From Nitrosopumilus sp. (lineage in GTDB: Archaea > Thermoproteota > Nitrososphaeria > Nitrososphaerales > Nitrosopumilaceae): 64,000 nt of DNA. Of this stretch, positions 63,823-64,000 are shown in pieces. The notes under the pieces were generated by a model, which saw only the letters and a list, made by a program, of their open reading frames with translations, was not told the DNA's origin and did not search any database. Within the stretch, counting starts at the first letter, position 1. Every line of letters begins with the position of its first letter. Location of the stretch: assembly GCA_965205675.1 (NCBI GenBank), contig OZ242186.1, forward strand, positions 1,024,001-1,088,000. Direction: 5' to 3'. Made by a program: the position numbers and the translations under genes.

Positions 63823-64000
63823 TGGTAAGTATTTCAGGCAGTAAAAAACTCAAACGACAAATGGCCCCACAATTTTGGGGAATTACTAGAAAAGACAAGA
63901 GATTTGTAATTACAACCAGACCAGGCCCGCACAAAAAGAGTTATTCATTACCAACTGCAGTGTTACTTAGAGATACACTAAGCATTGTTACTAGTCTAAG
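63822..64000 (+). CDS. rps4e: 30S ribosomal protein S4e (runs off the window end)
   Basis: Hand translation [24 protein letters not shown]...RPGPHK...LLRD. Confidence 0.93.
   Translation, partial: MVSISGSKKLKRQMAPQFWGITRKDKRFVITTRPGPHKKSYSLPTAVLLRDTLSIVTSL

Noticed and set aside
1-64000. CRISPR array, cas genes, tRNA or rRNA
   Set aside because: No regularly spaced repeat-spacer series and no GC-rich structured RNA gene recognised; the repeats are IS ends, MITEs or irregularly spaced motifs
1-64000. Diversity-generating retroelement, retron or casposon as the driver of the cassettes
   Set aside because: No reverse transcriptase, Cas1-like or PolB gene in the window, and no repeat pair with adenine-specific mismatches

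Overview
AT-rich archaeal DNA. Gene content and order (purK/purE/ilvA, NAD kinase-HTH, pyrG, PEFG-CTERM cupredoxin, psmA, ribosomal cluster lacking rpl2) point to a Nitrosopumilaceae-type thaumarchaeote. Core blocks lie at about 1-6.9 kb, 20.6-25.3 kb, 43.5-48 kb and 56-64 kb. Between them are accessory regions with a very high load of insertion sequences (IS3, IS5/ISL2-like, IS66, IS110, IS481, several IS630 lineages, IS1595, ISH3-like) and MITEs. The most notable signal is a family of at least four two-gene cassettes. Each secreted-protein gene starts with a signal peptide, an acidic linker and a [VI]GPVGxV motif, then carries a different C-terminal payload (one is an S1 serine protease) and is followed closely by a small membrane-protein gene; three of the four also share a promoter-like sequence. 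A zinc-metalloprotease/partner pair has the same layout. A recurrent TGAGACTTGGGCATAAT motif and a ~150-bp direct repeat lie at several cassette borders. This resembles a polymorphic effector-immunity cassette system, but that is an inference from architecture only. All family assignments come from motif recognition by eye, with no database searches. Several frameshifts and tandem duplications may be assembly artefacts.
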